Shown: one piece after another, positions 42,341 through 53,501 of the stretch
How the letters are laid out: every line of letters begins with the position of its first letter
How positions within the stretch are numbered: position 1 is the first letter of the stretch
Assembly: GCA_051599415.1 (NCBI GenBank)
Contig: AP039690.1
Location: forward strand, 62,001 to 126,000
Reading direction: 5' to 3'
DNA length: 64,000 nt
Origin: Savitreella phatthalungensis
Taxonomy: Eukaryota
Made by a program: the position numbers and the translations under genes
The notes under the pieces: model-generated
The model's input: only the letters and a program-made list of their open reading frames with translations
Databases searched by the model: none
Told to the model about the DNA's origin: nothing

Positions 42341-43677
42341 GTGTGTGTTGTGAGGGCTTGTGTATGTTGTGAGGGCTTAAGGTCGTGCAATGAGGTTTGT
42401 GATTGTTTGGAAGTAAGCTGGTTTCTAGTCGTGCGTCTGTGTCGTGGTTTAAATCGTTGCGCTGTGCTCTGTTGTACTGTCCTGTGCTCTAGTAGTTTGA
42501 GGGTGAGGCGGTGGGTTGCGAGATGAGAGGTTATAAGGATGAGAGATGGTTATATAGGGATGCGCTCGCCTATAATTGCTTCACTTTCAACTTTAGTATG
42601 GATATTACGCAGCACGCGCAATGCACAATCCATTCAAAAGGCCAGGGAAGAATTGAGTTGACCTCCAACTGGTTGCCCCGCTTGGAGAATGGTAGAATTA
42701 GGTAGTTCAGGTAGGCGATCCTCAGACTGGTGTTCTGACACTGGTTGCTGCTGCGGACGACCATCTGTAGCTATACAGACAAGCTTAGCATTCTGATCGG
42801 GATGAGTTAGTGGATGGATGATATGTGGGAACAGTACTCTGTTGCTCATGTTCAATGTAGATCTTCCAAGCCACAAAAGACACACGAGATCTCGTTGCTG
42901 GCCGTCGTCTGATTGAGCATGAGTTTCCGGTCTGAAATGGAATTTGACCTCTCCGCCTCATCCAGATACATGTTTCATGGTCAAAATCCACTCGGCAATT
43001 GGGAAGAAAATCCGGGGGAGTCGTTTACAATTTCGCCTGATTCAGATTTGATCATCCTGAAACGCACGCATCTCGCGTAGATTCCAGCTGTAGAGTCGAC
43101 CGGGCTGACGGTGGACTGAGTGGATCATTGAGCGCTTCTGGATATAATGTCTTCGTGGAAAAGTATGACGCCGATGTCCATGTACAGAGAGCATGTGATT
43201 ATACTGAATCTGATCTCATCTCTGTCAATTGCGCTCTCTCACTTCTCGCGTGCTTGCTCTTCATTCTCGTTCTCTCGGCAAGCTCGGCAATCCCGAGATC
43301 ATACACTCCCTCACTCACTTACTCATTCCATCAATCGCTCGCTCTCTCTAAGCTTCCGCCAAATCCCCGTGTCACAGAAAGACGTTATCTACTGGTCCGG
43401 CCTTCTCCGAGTCTAGGAAGCAGCGCCTCTTCCTCCTTTCTCTCTTCGACACGCGAATAGCCGATGACAAATGTCGATGTAGTCACCCCGCAAGCGACAT
43501 TAGCATGACTCACGAACAAGCTCGTACCGACACCATGATACTTTCCGAGGCCTGTTCAGAGTCTCATTGATTACGCGAGAATGTTCCGTCCATTATGTTG
43601 GCTTCGTGCAATAAACATCGATCGGGTTTCTCCGTTGATGCGTGATGATTGACTCGAACTTTTGGATAATGAGCGGA

Positions 43678-44598
43678 TTACACCATTGGACCTCCATAGA
43701 CACCTTCCTTGCCACCTGCAGACCCAAAAGCGCTCCAGCTGGTCCAGCTCGATGACGTTCTGCTGCCACTGCCACTTGACTCTTCTGCAATCGTCGTCAG
43801 ACGCTTGTTGCGCAGTACGTGCTGCTGTACAGAGATCCCATCGTTCTCGATCTCAGGTTTAGGCAAAACAGCCCACAGACTCGTGTCGAACGGAGACAGA
43901 TCGAATTCGTAGTCGTGATAGTCAATCGGTGAGCTTACAGCCTTCTCTTCTTCTCGGTCATTGCAGACGATGGTGGATTCTGACGCTGAGCTTGTGCCAA
44001 GCGAGAGATCTGGCAGACTCATCGATGCCACGCTGCGCGTCCTTGCATCGAGGACAGCTGCTTTCTGCGCCAGCGTCACATCCCAGCCAGCCAGCTTCGA
44101 GATATCTGGGGTGCTCGCCGACAGCCGATTCTGTAAGCTTTGCGCGAGCTCGTGCTCCGATTCTGTCGTCGAGTCCCCAGAGTCACTTGCGTTGAGTACG
44201 CTCGACAATCTGCTTTTGCTATCACCGCGCATCGCAGACAGCGTCGTCATAGACAGCGCCCGTGGTAGCTCTGCTGTTGACACCGCTGGAAGCTCCAGTG
44301 AGACAGGCGACGCCGTACGGGGTGGTATGACCACCAATGGAGGTAAGCCGAGCATTGTCGGTGTCGTGCTCCCTGATCTGAATGTTGTCCCTGCTGTCGA
44401 TAGTGATCTTGTAAAGACCGGCACACTTGCGAGACTTACTGATGTGTCTTTGCTGAGTTGTAGCTGGAGTGCCTCATCATCCTCGATGTGGCTTCTGACG
44501 AGCCTGCTTCTCCTGGCGACCAACAGCCATCCACCCACAATGCTGATTGTGATGAGGGGAATAGCTGCACATAGCACAATGGCTAGGTCTCTGTGCAT
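43678..44598 (-). CDS. Hypothetical single-pass membrane protein with Ser-rich tail
   Basis: From ATG 44598: LAIVLCAAIPLITISIVGGWLLV followed by RRSR. Confidence 0.7.
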   Translation of the reverse strand: MHRDLAIVLCAAIPLITISIVGGWLLVARRSRLVRSHIEDDEALQLQLSKDTSVSLASVPVFTRSLSTAGTTFRSGSTTPTMLGLPPLVVIPPRTASPVSLELPAVSTAELPRALSMTTLSAMRGDSKSRLSSVLNASDSGDSTTESEHELAQSLQNRLSASTPDISKLAGWDVTLAQKAAVLDARTRSVASMSLPDLSLGTSSASESTIVCNDREEEKAVSSPIDYHDYEFDLSPFDTSLWAVLPKPEIENDGISVQQHVLRNKRLTTIAEESSGSGSRTSSSWTSWSAFGSAGGKEGVYGGPMV

Positions 44599-45494
44599 TC
44601 TGGACTCGCTGGACGAGTTGAGCCAGAGAGCGCACACGTCGACGCAATCAACGCAATTGACGGTGTCTTCACAAGCTCGCTTTCGATTTGACTTCTTCCA
44701 CTCGTCGTTGCGCGCCTGTTTAGAAAATTGCCAAGTATTGCTGCAGGAGGTATTCTTTGTGTCTACCTGACACTTTGAGTGTCCACGCGCGAGTGAGTGT
44801 AAGTGCAAGTGTGAGTGCGAGTGTGACCTGTGGCGGACTGTCAGAGGATCTCAACAGAGGAGAGATATTCCGCAGGTAACAGATCGTAGAGTAGACCTGA
44901 GCATTGATGCAGATCTGTGATGAGCGTGAGAGGTATAAGCTCTCTGTGCGTCAAGTTGGGCTATGTGTATGTGTGAGTGAGTATGTATGGCATGTATGAG
45001 TGAATTGGTCGCCTCTTTTTGCCTCTCTACATTCCTCCTTACTCCTCTGCCTCCTCTCTCTCTCTCTAGTCTCATTGATGATCCCGTGCACGTACCACCT
45101 TCAGCCAAATTTCTCACTTCCCTGCATAGATTCACCTCAGAGTCATTTGAATTTGAAAATCAATTTGATTGATACGTGACTCTGCATTGGAATGAATTGG
45201 CGGTGCATTCAGACTTAGAATTTCAGACTCTCACTTAGGGTCCTGAGTCAGGGCGATGGGTCACCGTGCATTCAACGAACCAATCACCACTGAATGCACA
45301 AAAATAATAAAACACATCATCATACACTCAATGCACACGACACTACTCTCGGGGTCTAGTGTCTGACCACATTCCTCTATATCGCCCTGTGCTTAAGCAT
45401 CTGGTAGCACGAGCACGGGCACGGGCACAAGCACAAGCACAAGCACGAGCACTCAGCCCTTGATGCACAGACAGCTCTTTAGCTCCATCACCTC

Positions 45495-47306
45495 ATGAGT
45501 GACCCGTTGCTGAAGTTTGTGCTGACAGATGGTCCCGAGAGAGGTCGAATCACACTTGCTGCAAGACAATTCAAGACAGGCGATACCCTGCTCACAGGTA
45601 CTACCGCTGTCTCTGCATTCGACTCGCGTGATCAGGTCGAGAACTTATGCTCACTCTGCTGCATACGTCTAGTTAGCGTTGGGAAGAAACTACGATGTAC
45701 GGCGTGTAAAGCACTGTACTACTGCTCCGAGCGGTGCCAGAAGCGCCACTGGAAAAGAATCCACGCTCTCGAATGCAGTATCCTTGCTCAGGCCAACGGT
45801 GCAATTCCTTCAGGTCGAGCACTCCAGCTCCTCCGTGCTGCCCTACTCCTCAAACGTTCCTCGCGTGTCGACGACGGTGACCCGACGTCTGTGACTGGCG
45901 TCCCTAGCCTTGCTGACATGCACACACCCAAGGACCACGCAGGCCCTGCCACCCTGTCTGAGGAAGGTCAGGTGATCGCTGCTGGCGTGGCTCGGATGAC
46001 CGGGTTGCCTGCCCCATGGATGAGGACGCTGCTACTCAAGATCTCTGTGAACGCCGTTGAGCTGGAAGATTCCGATTTCAGATCGTGTGGCACCTTTGTC
46101 GATCCTACCCTCGCACGACTCAACCACAGCTGCGACCCAAACGCCGCAGTCTACTTCTCCCCCGGCGGGCACTTCAACCTTCGCGCACTCCGTCCGATCG
46201 CCCAGGACCAAGAAGTCAACATCACCTACATCCACCTAGACCAGCCGTGCAAGCGCCGCCTCGTCACCCTCAGCCAGCTGTACAACTTCCGGTGCGCTTG
46301 TGATCGGTGTCGAAGGTGGCCGAGCCTGTCGACCGTGATGGACATCTGCACTGAGTGCTTCTTGTGCGGATCATGTGGCCGGGTGTGGGGCCCATCACGA
46401 ACACCTGGTACGCCTGCTGCTTGCGAGCGGTGTGGGTGGGCGCCTCCCGCTGTGTTGGTCGGGTACATCGAGAAGTCCTCCTACTCGTGGCGTGACTCTT
46501 CAGACTTCCCCACCCACAAGCTCTCTAATCTGCAGTGCCTCCTAGACGACATCCTCCGCCTCAAGATCTACCCCTCCCACGCACCCCAGCTCACACCCGT
46601 CCACAAGGCCCTTGCCCACATCCACCTCACCCTAGCGTCCACGACCGGTGGCGATCTCGCCCTCGATCACTACTGCCGGGCGTTTGCGCACGAGCTGGCT
46701 GTGTTGGTGCCGATGCGGTTGAGTGGTGGTGGTCGGGTGGTTGGTACTGGTGGCCAGGGTGTGCTGGATGGCTCTCACACGGTATCGGTGTTCCGCGCAG
46801 GTCAGCTCGGCGTCACCCTCTCCCATACCCTCCCGCCACCACACCCTCTCCTCGATCACCTCGCACTCAGCCTCTACCTCCTCGTCGCCGCAGCCATCCT
46901 AGCACACCTCTTCCTCACACCCAATCACCCGCTAGCGAAGCTCACGTACGCAAAGGCCACAGAATTCATCGCAGACATCCATGCACACCCAAGAGCGCGC
47001 ACCCTCGCACAGGCAGCATCACACGTCCTCCATCATCTCGACGGTCTCCAGGACGACGACGATGACGAAGTGGTCAAGTGGCAGGCTGCCGAGCGTGAGT
47101 TTGTGGAGAAAGTGGTAGGGTCAAAGGATGCAGCCGGGTTGCTGCGTGCTGGGTTTGATGTTGAGGAGGAGGTGGGTGGGACGGTGTTTACGCGGTTCGC
47201 GAGGTTGGTAGGACCTGCGGTTGATAGGGCTGCAGCCAGGTGGGCGATCGTGAAGCCTACACGTGAGCGGTGCGATATGCTAGCTCATCACCACGCAAAC
47301 GAATAG
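45495..47306 (+). CDS. SET and MYND domain lysine methyltransferase (SMYD family)
   Basis: RGRITLA, MYND CSLC...CTACKALYYCSERCQKRHW..H..EC, RLNHSCDPN, ITYI, post-SET FRCACDRC. Confidence 0.92.
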   Translation: MSDPLLKFVLTDGPERGRITLAARQFKTGDTLLTGTTAVSAFDSRDQVENLCSLCCIRLVSVGKKLRCTACKALYYCSERCQKRHWKRIHALECSILAQANGAIPSGRALQLLRAALLLKRSSRVDDGDPTSVTGVPSLADMHTPKDHAGPATLSEEGQVIAAGVARMTGLPAPWMRTLLLKISVNAVELEDSDFRSCGTFVDPTLARLNHSCDPNAAVYFSPGGHFNLRALRPIAQDQEVNITYIHLDQPCKRRLVTLSQLYNFRCACDRCRRWPSLSTVMDICTECFLCGSCGRVWGPSRTPGTPAACERCGWAPPAVLVGYIEKSSYSWRDSSDFPTHKLSNLQCLLDDILRLKIYPSHAPQLTPVHKALAHIHLTLASTTGGDLALDHYCRAFAHELAVLVPMRLSGGGRVVGTGGQGVLDGSHTVSVFRAGQLGVTLSHTLPPPHPLLDHLALSLYLLVAAAILAHLFLTPNHPLAKLTYAKATEFIADIHAHPRARTLAQAASHVLHHLDGLQDDDDDEVVKWQAAEREFVEKVVGSKDAAGLLRAGFDVEEEVGGTVFTRFARLVGPAVDRAAARWAIVKPTRERCDMLAHHHANE

Positions 47307-47395
47307 TAGAAGCACACACACGAACGAATAATGAAAGAGAGGGAGAGTGATTTGAAATGTCATTGGAGCGTTTAATGCAATAGACGTCGGTGACT

Positions 47396-48675
47396 CTAGT
47401 CAAAGAGACCGAAGCCCATGTCGTCGTCAGACTCTTCCTTCTCCTCCTCTGCTGGCGCAGCGGCGGCCTCCTCAGCGGCAGCGGGAGCTGCAGCAGCTGC
47501 TGGGGCGGCAGCGGCGAATGCCTCTGGGTTGGCAAGGTACTCCTTGATCTGTTGAAAATTGTTAGTTGCACATTCAGAATAGGAACACATGTTCTTGACT
47601 CATAGCCTGCTGCGCGATGCGCAAGAGATGCTTGACAGCGGAGCAAGAAAGTCAAAGAAAAGAGAAGAAGAGGTGCGGACGGCGTCAGGCTGCTGTGTAT
47701 GTATGATGTCGACAGTGAACTCATGATCAGAGTTCGATTCCGACTCTTCCTATCATGTTTTGCATAGAATCATCCGCCGTCGTCGTCGCGCGCCCTCTCT
47801 TCTTTTCCTTCTGTCGAAAGTTGCTTCGAGCTGATGTTGATCTCTTGTGCACGCTGCAGGTCAGTCAAGGAATGGATGCGGAAACTCACCTTCTCGGAAC
47901 CCTCGAACGTGTACTCGGTCGAGACGGAGACGGCGAGCAGGTTCTTGTAGGCGTTGATGACGGAGTGCATGACGGAGACAAGGGTCGGGTAGTTGGCTGC
48001 CAGAGAGATGCAGGTGACGTTGCGGGCGGCCGCGAGGAAGTGTCCGAGCAGGACGTCCTCGGTGATGTCGAGCACGTCTGGTGTGAAGACCTGTCCGTTG
48101 TCGTACACGTTCAGGACCTTCATGCCGTAGGTGAAAGGAGAAATGTTGAGCATGTTGAGCAGGGTGGCCTCGGAAGCGCCGACCTTGGTCTCCTTGTGGA
48201 CAAGGTGGACCTGGGACACGATTTCGATCGTACCACGCGCAATCTTGGTCGGGACACCGAGAGCCTGGAAGAACGAGGTCTTCGATGGGTCCATGCCTGT
48301 GTTTCCTGGCTCGACAAAGACGTCGACAGGAGCGATGGCGCCTGCACGGGCGGGTGCAGCAACCACCTGGCTAGTGATCTTCTCGCGAACGTCCTTGAGG
48401 TCGCCGTTGGTGAAGACGAAGCCGACGTTGCCGCGGACGAGCGGGAGGAGACGGTCGAGCTCAGGGATGTCGCTGACGTACTGGCGGAGAGCACGACGGA
48501 TCATCGTGTTCTTACCGAGCAGGACAACAGCCTCACCACGGAGGGACTTGCGGATCATGTGCATCTGCTGAGAGCCGACATTGTCGACGGTGACGATGAA
48601 GACTGACTTGTACTCCTCGACGAGCGAGCGGAGCTTCGTGAAGTACTCTGCCTTCTGTTCCTTGGTGCCTCCCAT
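47396..48675 (-). CDS. RPP0: 60S acidic ribosomal protein P0; intron 47549-47889
   Basis: [36 protein letters not shown]; terminal exon [14 protein letters not shown]...[13 protein letters not shown]; intron GTGAGT...ACTAAC...CAG. Confidence 0.97.
47678..47781 (-). ncRNA. Intronic box C/D snoRNA with antisense element to the 25S rRNA peptidyl-transferase centre
   Basis: Terminal stem GACGGCG/CGCCGUC; C-like AUGAUUC (47767-47773); D box CUGA (47685-47688); guide AUGAUAGGAAGAGUCG-GA-AUCGAA (47733-47756) is complementary to conserved LSU UUCGAUGUCGGCUCUUCCUAUCAU. Confidence 0.82.
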
Positions 48676-50268
48676 TGCTGTCGTATGTCGCAGTCAAAGG
48701 ATTCTTATCAGGACTTGATAGGGGTCAAGTGTTACAGGACTCGTTCGTTTTGAGTGACTCTGGGTTGGGACAGAGGACACGAGTGTGCAGGAGGTATGGC
48801 CAGGATGCTGTGCAGTGCTGGGATGGACAGGATTGGCGGCCAGTAGGAGGAGCAGCGCTACGACGGTAGGGCAGCCTGACTCAGGATGGAGTGTGCTTGC
48901 TACTCGGTAGTTGGTGCTGGTGCTAGTGCTGGTGCTTGCCTGTGGCAGAGGTGTGTGTATGGCTTGCTGGCTGCAGTGCTCCTGCGTGCATTCACAGGTC
49001 GAACCGAATTCACGGGGAAGAGACACACAGTGTGAGTAGAGAGTAAAGAGAAGGAAGAAGGAGAAGATGTGATGGATATTCAATTCCATCCTTGTCAGAT
49101 TCAAATTCAACTGAAAAACTATTCTCACGCTCATCTCTCTTCATATTTGGATTCCGATAATCACGTGTATTTTCACATGTAGTCCAATGGATGCACGATT
49201 CAGACAAAATCTCCAGCAATGCACTAACTAAACACTAGCTCAAGCCAGCATACAGACCTGTCTTCTGGCTCTCTTTGGGTCTTTGAGGGTGACATTCAGC
49301 TACCATACGCTGAAAATCCATGCTACGTACATTGGCACTGATATAAGAGCTACTCGACAATCATCTTAGCTGCTCTCCACTCGAGACAACCTCAGAACTG
49401 TGTCAGTCCATCTACAATTGTCCTTTCTTAGGGACATCGAGGTTAACGAGATTCCACTTGGTACTGCATGAGTTTGATCATCATTGTCGTTCTTGAGCAG
49501 ATAGTAGCTAGGATGAAAGTAGAGCAGCAACACAGACCGAGCGGTGTCTTTGACTCCAAGAGCACAACATGGAAATTCAGAATCGGGCCCACCACTAGCC
49601 AAAGATGTTGACCAGCAGGAGCATATAGGTCCTGATGCTAGACCTCGGAAGACTCGTATCGTCAGAGCATGACAGAAAGCATTAAGAGCAGCCCTGTTGC
49701 GGACGATGCTCCACCTCCGGCTTCTCCAGGACGTCGAGTCTGAGGAAAGAAGCACTGCTCACGGTATTTCTGCTAAAAAGGAGAGAAGAATCTTATGCGC
49801 AGCTCTCGTCCGCATAGTCATGACTCCGAAAGCAGCATCGCTTTCGTCCAAGACAACACTGCGTTTGTGACGAGTCCTATGACTGCTGCTTGCGTCTGAC
49901 CTGTTGTTAGTCCAGAAGTAAGCGTTTACGTTGATCTACAGTGATGATTGTACGTGAATTGTGAATGATCTAATCTTCACTTGCGTCTGGATGCACGATT
50001 GGTAATTTGATCAGGTGGATCTTACCAGAGTCCCAATTCAACTGAAATGAGGCGTCCTCATACAGGGTCAGTTGTCTACCGCATCTTCCCTGTGTAAGCT
50101 AGAAAGGTCGACAAGTGGTCGGTCTTGGTCAATCTAGTAACTTCAGACCTACAGGAGAGGCTCTGAGCAGGCTTCCCGTGAGCCAATTGACCTCTCTATT
50201 ATCAGAACTCAGCCTCACGTTGAGCTTGTGTCCTTCTGCAACTCAGTGACGATTGCGAACTAGCCGAT

Positions 50269-51165
50269 ATGACAAGAAAAGGTGGAAGACCACAACGTCT
50301 AGCTTCACCTATGCTGCTCTCAGATGATGACCCGCGCGCACTTGAGATGGTCTTTTGGCTCCGTAAGCTCTACAAGGAGTTGCCAAGGGAGGCGCACACA
50401 TCAAAACAGGCTAAAGAGCAACTTAGCCATCTCACTAGAAGAATTGATTGCCTTGAGGCACGCATCATGAAAAGTGAGGAGACAATGCGTCGAGATCAGA
50501 ACGAGCTCATCCTTGCTGTGCTAGAAAATGTAAACTCCCGGTTCACGTAGTCCGAATAAGACTGACTGAGTCCACAGACGAAAGCCGTCCATGAGCAATC
50601 GCAGATCATGAAATGCTTGCAAGCATCGATCACTGCCATTGTAAAGGATCACTACATTACTCACCTCATCGCACAAGCCGACGCAGACCAACACGCCAGA
50701 AGTCAACATGACTCTGCGATCAAACCCGCGGCGGTCGTTCCAACGGACGATTCGACATCGCTCAGCTCAGCGAATCAAGGCTCAACGCCGTCGGTTTCTG
50801 GCAAACGCAAGATCAGTCTGAGTGCTCCTGTTGAGCCACAACCACGCAAGAAGCGGACTTCAGCGACAGCAGATGGCCAGTTGATTGGCAGGAAAGGCAA
50901 AGGTCTTGAGCACACTGATGAGAGAGTGGATGCGCGGCAACGACGCAGACTCTCGATCGCAGAGGAGCGAATTGACGAGATTGTCAACGACGATCAGATC
51001 TTGAGCCCTCCTTCACCACAGCCGTCACAGCCGATCGCTCTTCTCACCCCGCCGTCACCACCAAGGCGCACCTACACAGCCGCGCCAGCCAAGACAAATC
51101 GTCGACGGCTACGCAGACGAGACCGACATCTCACCGTCGCCGATACAGACCTGCCAACGACGTGA
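50269..51165 (+). CDS. Hypothetical protein (coiled-coil N-half, basic disordered C-half); intron 50530-50577
   Basis: ORFs 50269-50550 and 50608-51165 join in frame through a 48-nt GTAAAC...CTGAC...ACAG intron; further upstream exons are possible. Confidence 0.6.
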
Positions 51166-51246
51166 CGCTAACGATGCAGACAAATATAATGCCAACCTGA
51201 TGTTACAATATCTTACTCTCTCATCTTTCCCGAGTGGTTTCGTCCA

Positions 51247-51775
51247 CTAGCCGTAGACGTCGCCAAATTGCTCATACCCTGTAGGCAGGACCTTGTCGGG
51301 TGCACCGTGGTGAATGAGATCCCAGATCATCATGAACATGTAGACTGTGCGAGGTGTTAGTGATTCCTGGCGGGGTGGCTCGAGATTGGTGACAGGTAGA
51401 AAACTTACAGAAAAACATGCAAAGATAGAAGATGAGCTTGAAGAAGGCCTCACGCTTATACTTCTGGTACGTTCGGAAGATCTCTGTTGGGTCGAGTGTG
51501 AATTCCTTGTTGGCGTACTTGCGCAAGTTCCACACGAGCACTGGTAGGTTCAGCAGGAACGCTCCCCAGCGACCGAGGACCAGGAGCACCAAGGTAATGA
51601 GTGCCTGTGCACTCGCCTCCGGCAGCATGAACCGATTCAGATCCCTGCACAGGTCGATCGGATTCACGTAGTCGCTTCCAAGATCAGAAAACTGGACGGC
51701 AAAGTAGACCTGCACGAAGATCAAGATCATGTTGAACATGACCACCACCAGGTGGTGAAAGAGCCGGTTGAACAT
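51247..51775 (-). CDS. ERV14: Cornichon/Erv14 ER cargo receptor; intron 51345-51408
   Basis: FSDLGSDYVNPIDLCRDLN, LDPTEIFR, KLIFYLCMFF|YMF; intron GTAAGT...CTAAC...CAG. Confidence 0.92.
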
Positions 51776-52173
51776 GTTGACGTCGTCGTAATAACCGCCG
51801 TCGCAGTCTGTCTCAGCTGCTCTAAAGTCGATCTCAAGGTATGATTGTCGAGCGTTGCGTTCGGATCTGCTTTACGCGCCGTGATGTCTTACAAGAGACC
51901 GCTGAGGTCGAGGGCGCAGTGTGCGCGCATTCATTACACGTGCGATATGCCACAATTCCGAGATGACGTCGATGATTGTGGCTTGGCGGCTCCACTTTGG
52001 AATGTCCCTGGGCAAGTCACACAATACAGTACCAACTCGACACGTAGAGGCATCACGGTGGACAGCACACTCTCTCCGCCTCCTCTGTACCCTTGCAGCC
52101 ACGTCGACATGTCCACAGACAGCCATCAAGACATCTGAGATAGATATGAGATCCTAACGTGGACATAGAAGTC

Positions 52174-53409
52174 ATGCGGATAGCCAAGTGGGTCTCCCTC
52201 ATCGCAGTGACAGCCTTAGCTGACCCGGCAGCTGTGACGGAAGGCCGCAAGTCAGAATTGATCTGCCACGAGAGTGGGTGCTATCCTCGTGTATTCAGCG
52301 CATCGCACGAGTTCCGCAAGGTCGAACATGATCAAGAGATCCCCGCAGGATTACATGTCCAGCTGGACGTCTCTACAGGAGAGCGATTCGCAAAACTGGT
52401 TGACCCGAATGACCACTCTGGCGACGTGGTGGTGGTCGATGGGGACACAGGCGGGATCGAGGTCACACCAGATACAGTACCAGCTGCAGAAGTGTTCTCC
52501 GGAGCTACCGTACTAAAAGACCAGGACTCTACACCACACCCACCCAACAAGGCGCCTCTGCCAAGTGGCGAGCGAGAAGAATTCCGCCACGGTCTCGACA
52601 CACTTGTGAATTCGCACGGAGGATCTGGTAGCTGCAGTGAGGAATTGATTGGTGCGCTTGACTCGCTCGAGGAGCTTGTGCACGAGCTTGAGTTTGGTCT
52701 TGCACTGGTGGAGCGCGCTGGGGGTGTTGAGGCGCTGCTGTCTCAGCTGTCCTCGGTAGAGGAGACGTGCCGGATGAAAGCTGCGCTAGTCCTTGGATCT
52801 GCACTCCGCAACAACGCCAACGCACTCTCCGCAGTTCACGCACGCAACCTCCCTGTCATCCCCACGCTCATCAACCACCTCGCCCACGAACACACCACAG
52901 ACACCGTCGCCGCCAGACTCATCTACGCACTCTCAGCTGCACTCGGCGGATCACAAGCCTCCCCAGAGAGCCCAGGCACCCTCTCACACGCACAATTCGC
53001 TGACGCTTTCGGTCACCACCACCTTGCGAAACGATTCGATCGTGAGTCGGTGTCTGACGATGTGCGAGGTCGGATTGCTTCGCTGGTTGAGGATCACGTG
53101 TTTGGCCGTGCGGTCGGTGGTGGGGAGGGGGTGCTGACTGATGCTGGCGTGTGGGCGGGCAAGTTCGAAGACACACTGGTATCGAACAAGGTGGTCTCGC
53201 CTTCGGCAAAGTCGAAACTCCTAGCAGCACTAAAGCAGGCCACCGATAACCTCCCACCACACACCTACACACCATCACAACCTTTCCTCAACTGGCTCGC
53301 CCAAAACACAGCCAACAAAGACGACCCTCTCATCGACCAGTACACTACACTCAGAGCAGCGTTCGGTAACCCGAAGGCATCACGCAAACACCTGGTCGAT
53401 GAGCTGTAA
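52174..53409 (+). CDS. SIL1: BiP nucleotide exchange factor Sil1
   Basis: Signal peptide from ATG 52174, CYPRVF..SHEF....DQEIPAGLHVQLD..TGERFAKL, ARM-like body, C-terminal VDEL. Confidence 0.9.
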   Translation: MRIAKWVSLIAVTALADPAAVTEGRKSELICHESGCYPRVFSASHEFRKVEHDQEIPAGLHVQLDVSTGERFAKLVDPNDHSGDVVVVDGDTGGIEVTPDTVPAAEVFSGATVLKDQDSTPHPPNKAPLPSGEREEFRHGLDTLVNSHGGSGSCSEELIGALDSLEELVHELEFGLALVERAGGVEALLSQLSSVEETCRMKAALVLGSALRNNANALSAVHARNLPVIPTLINHLAHEHTTDTVAARLIYALSAALGGSQASPESPGTLSHAQFADAFGHHHLAKRFDRESVSDDVRGRIASLVEDHVFGRAVGGGEGVLTDAGVWAGKFEDTLVSNKVVSPSAKSKLLAALKQATDNLPPHTYTPSQPFLNWLAQNTANKDDPLIDQYTTLRAAFGNPKASRKHLVDEL

Positions 53410-53501
53410 GGGAGTCTTGGGAGGTTCATGTATTTGTCAAAAGAAGGAGCGTTACCTAAAGCATTAGCATGAGTATGTGTACGTTGTGCGAAGACGTGAG
53501 A

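Noticed and set aside
47733..47756. rRNA gene fragment
   Set aside because: Only 24 nt and embedded between C/D boxes; better explained as a snoRNA guide.
47770..47889. ORF-track C-terminal extension of P0 (VSFRIHSL...)
   Set aside because: Read-through into the intron; the true C-terminus is in exon 47396-47548.
49940..50046. GTGATGA...CTGA as a second C/D snoRNA
   Set aside because: No clear terminal stem and no recognisable rRNA or snRNA antisense element.
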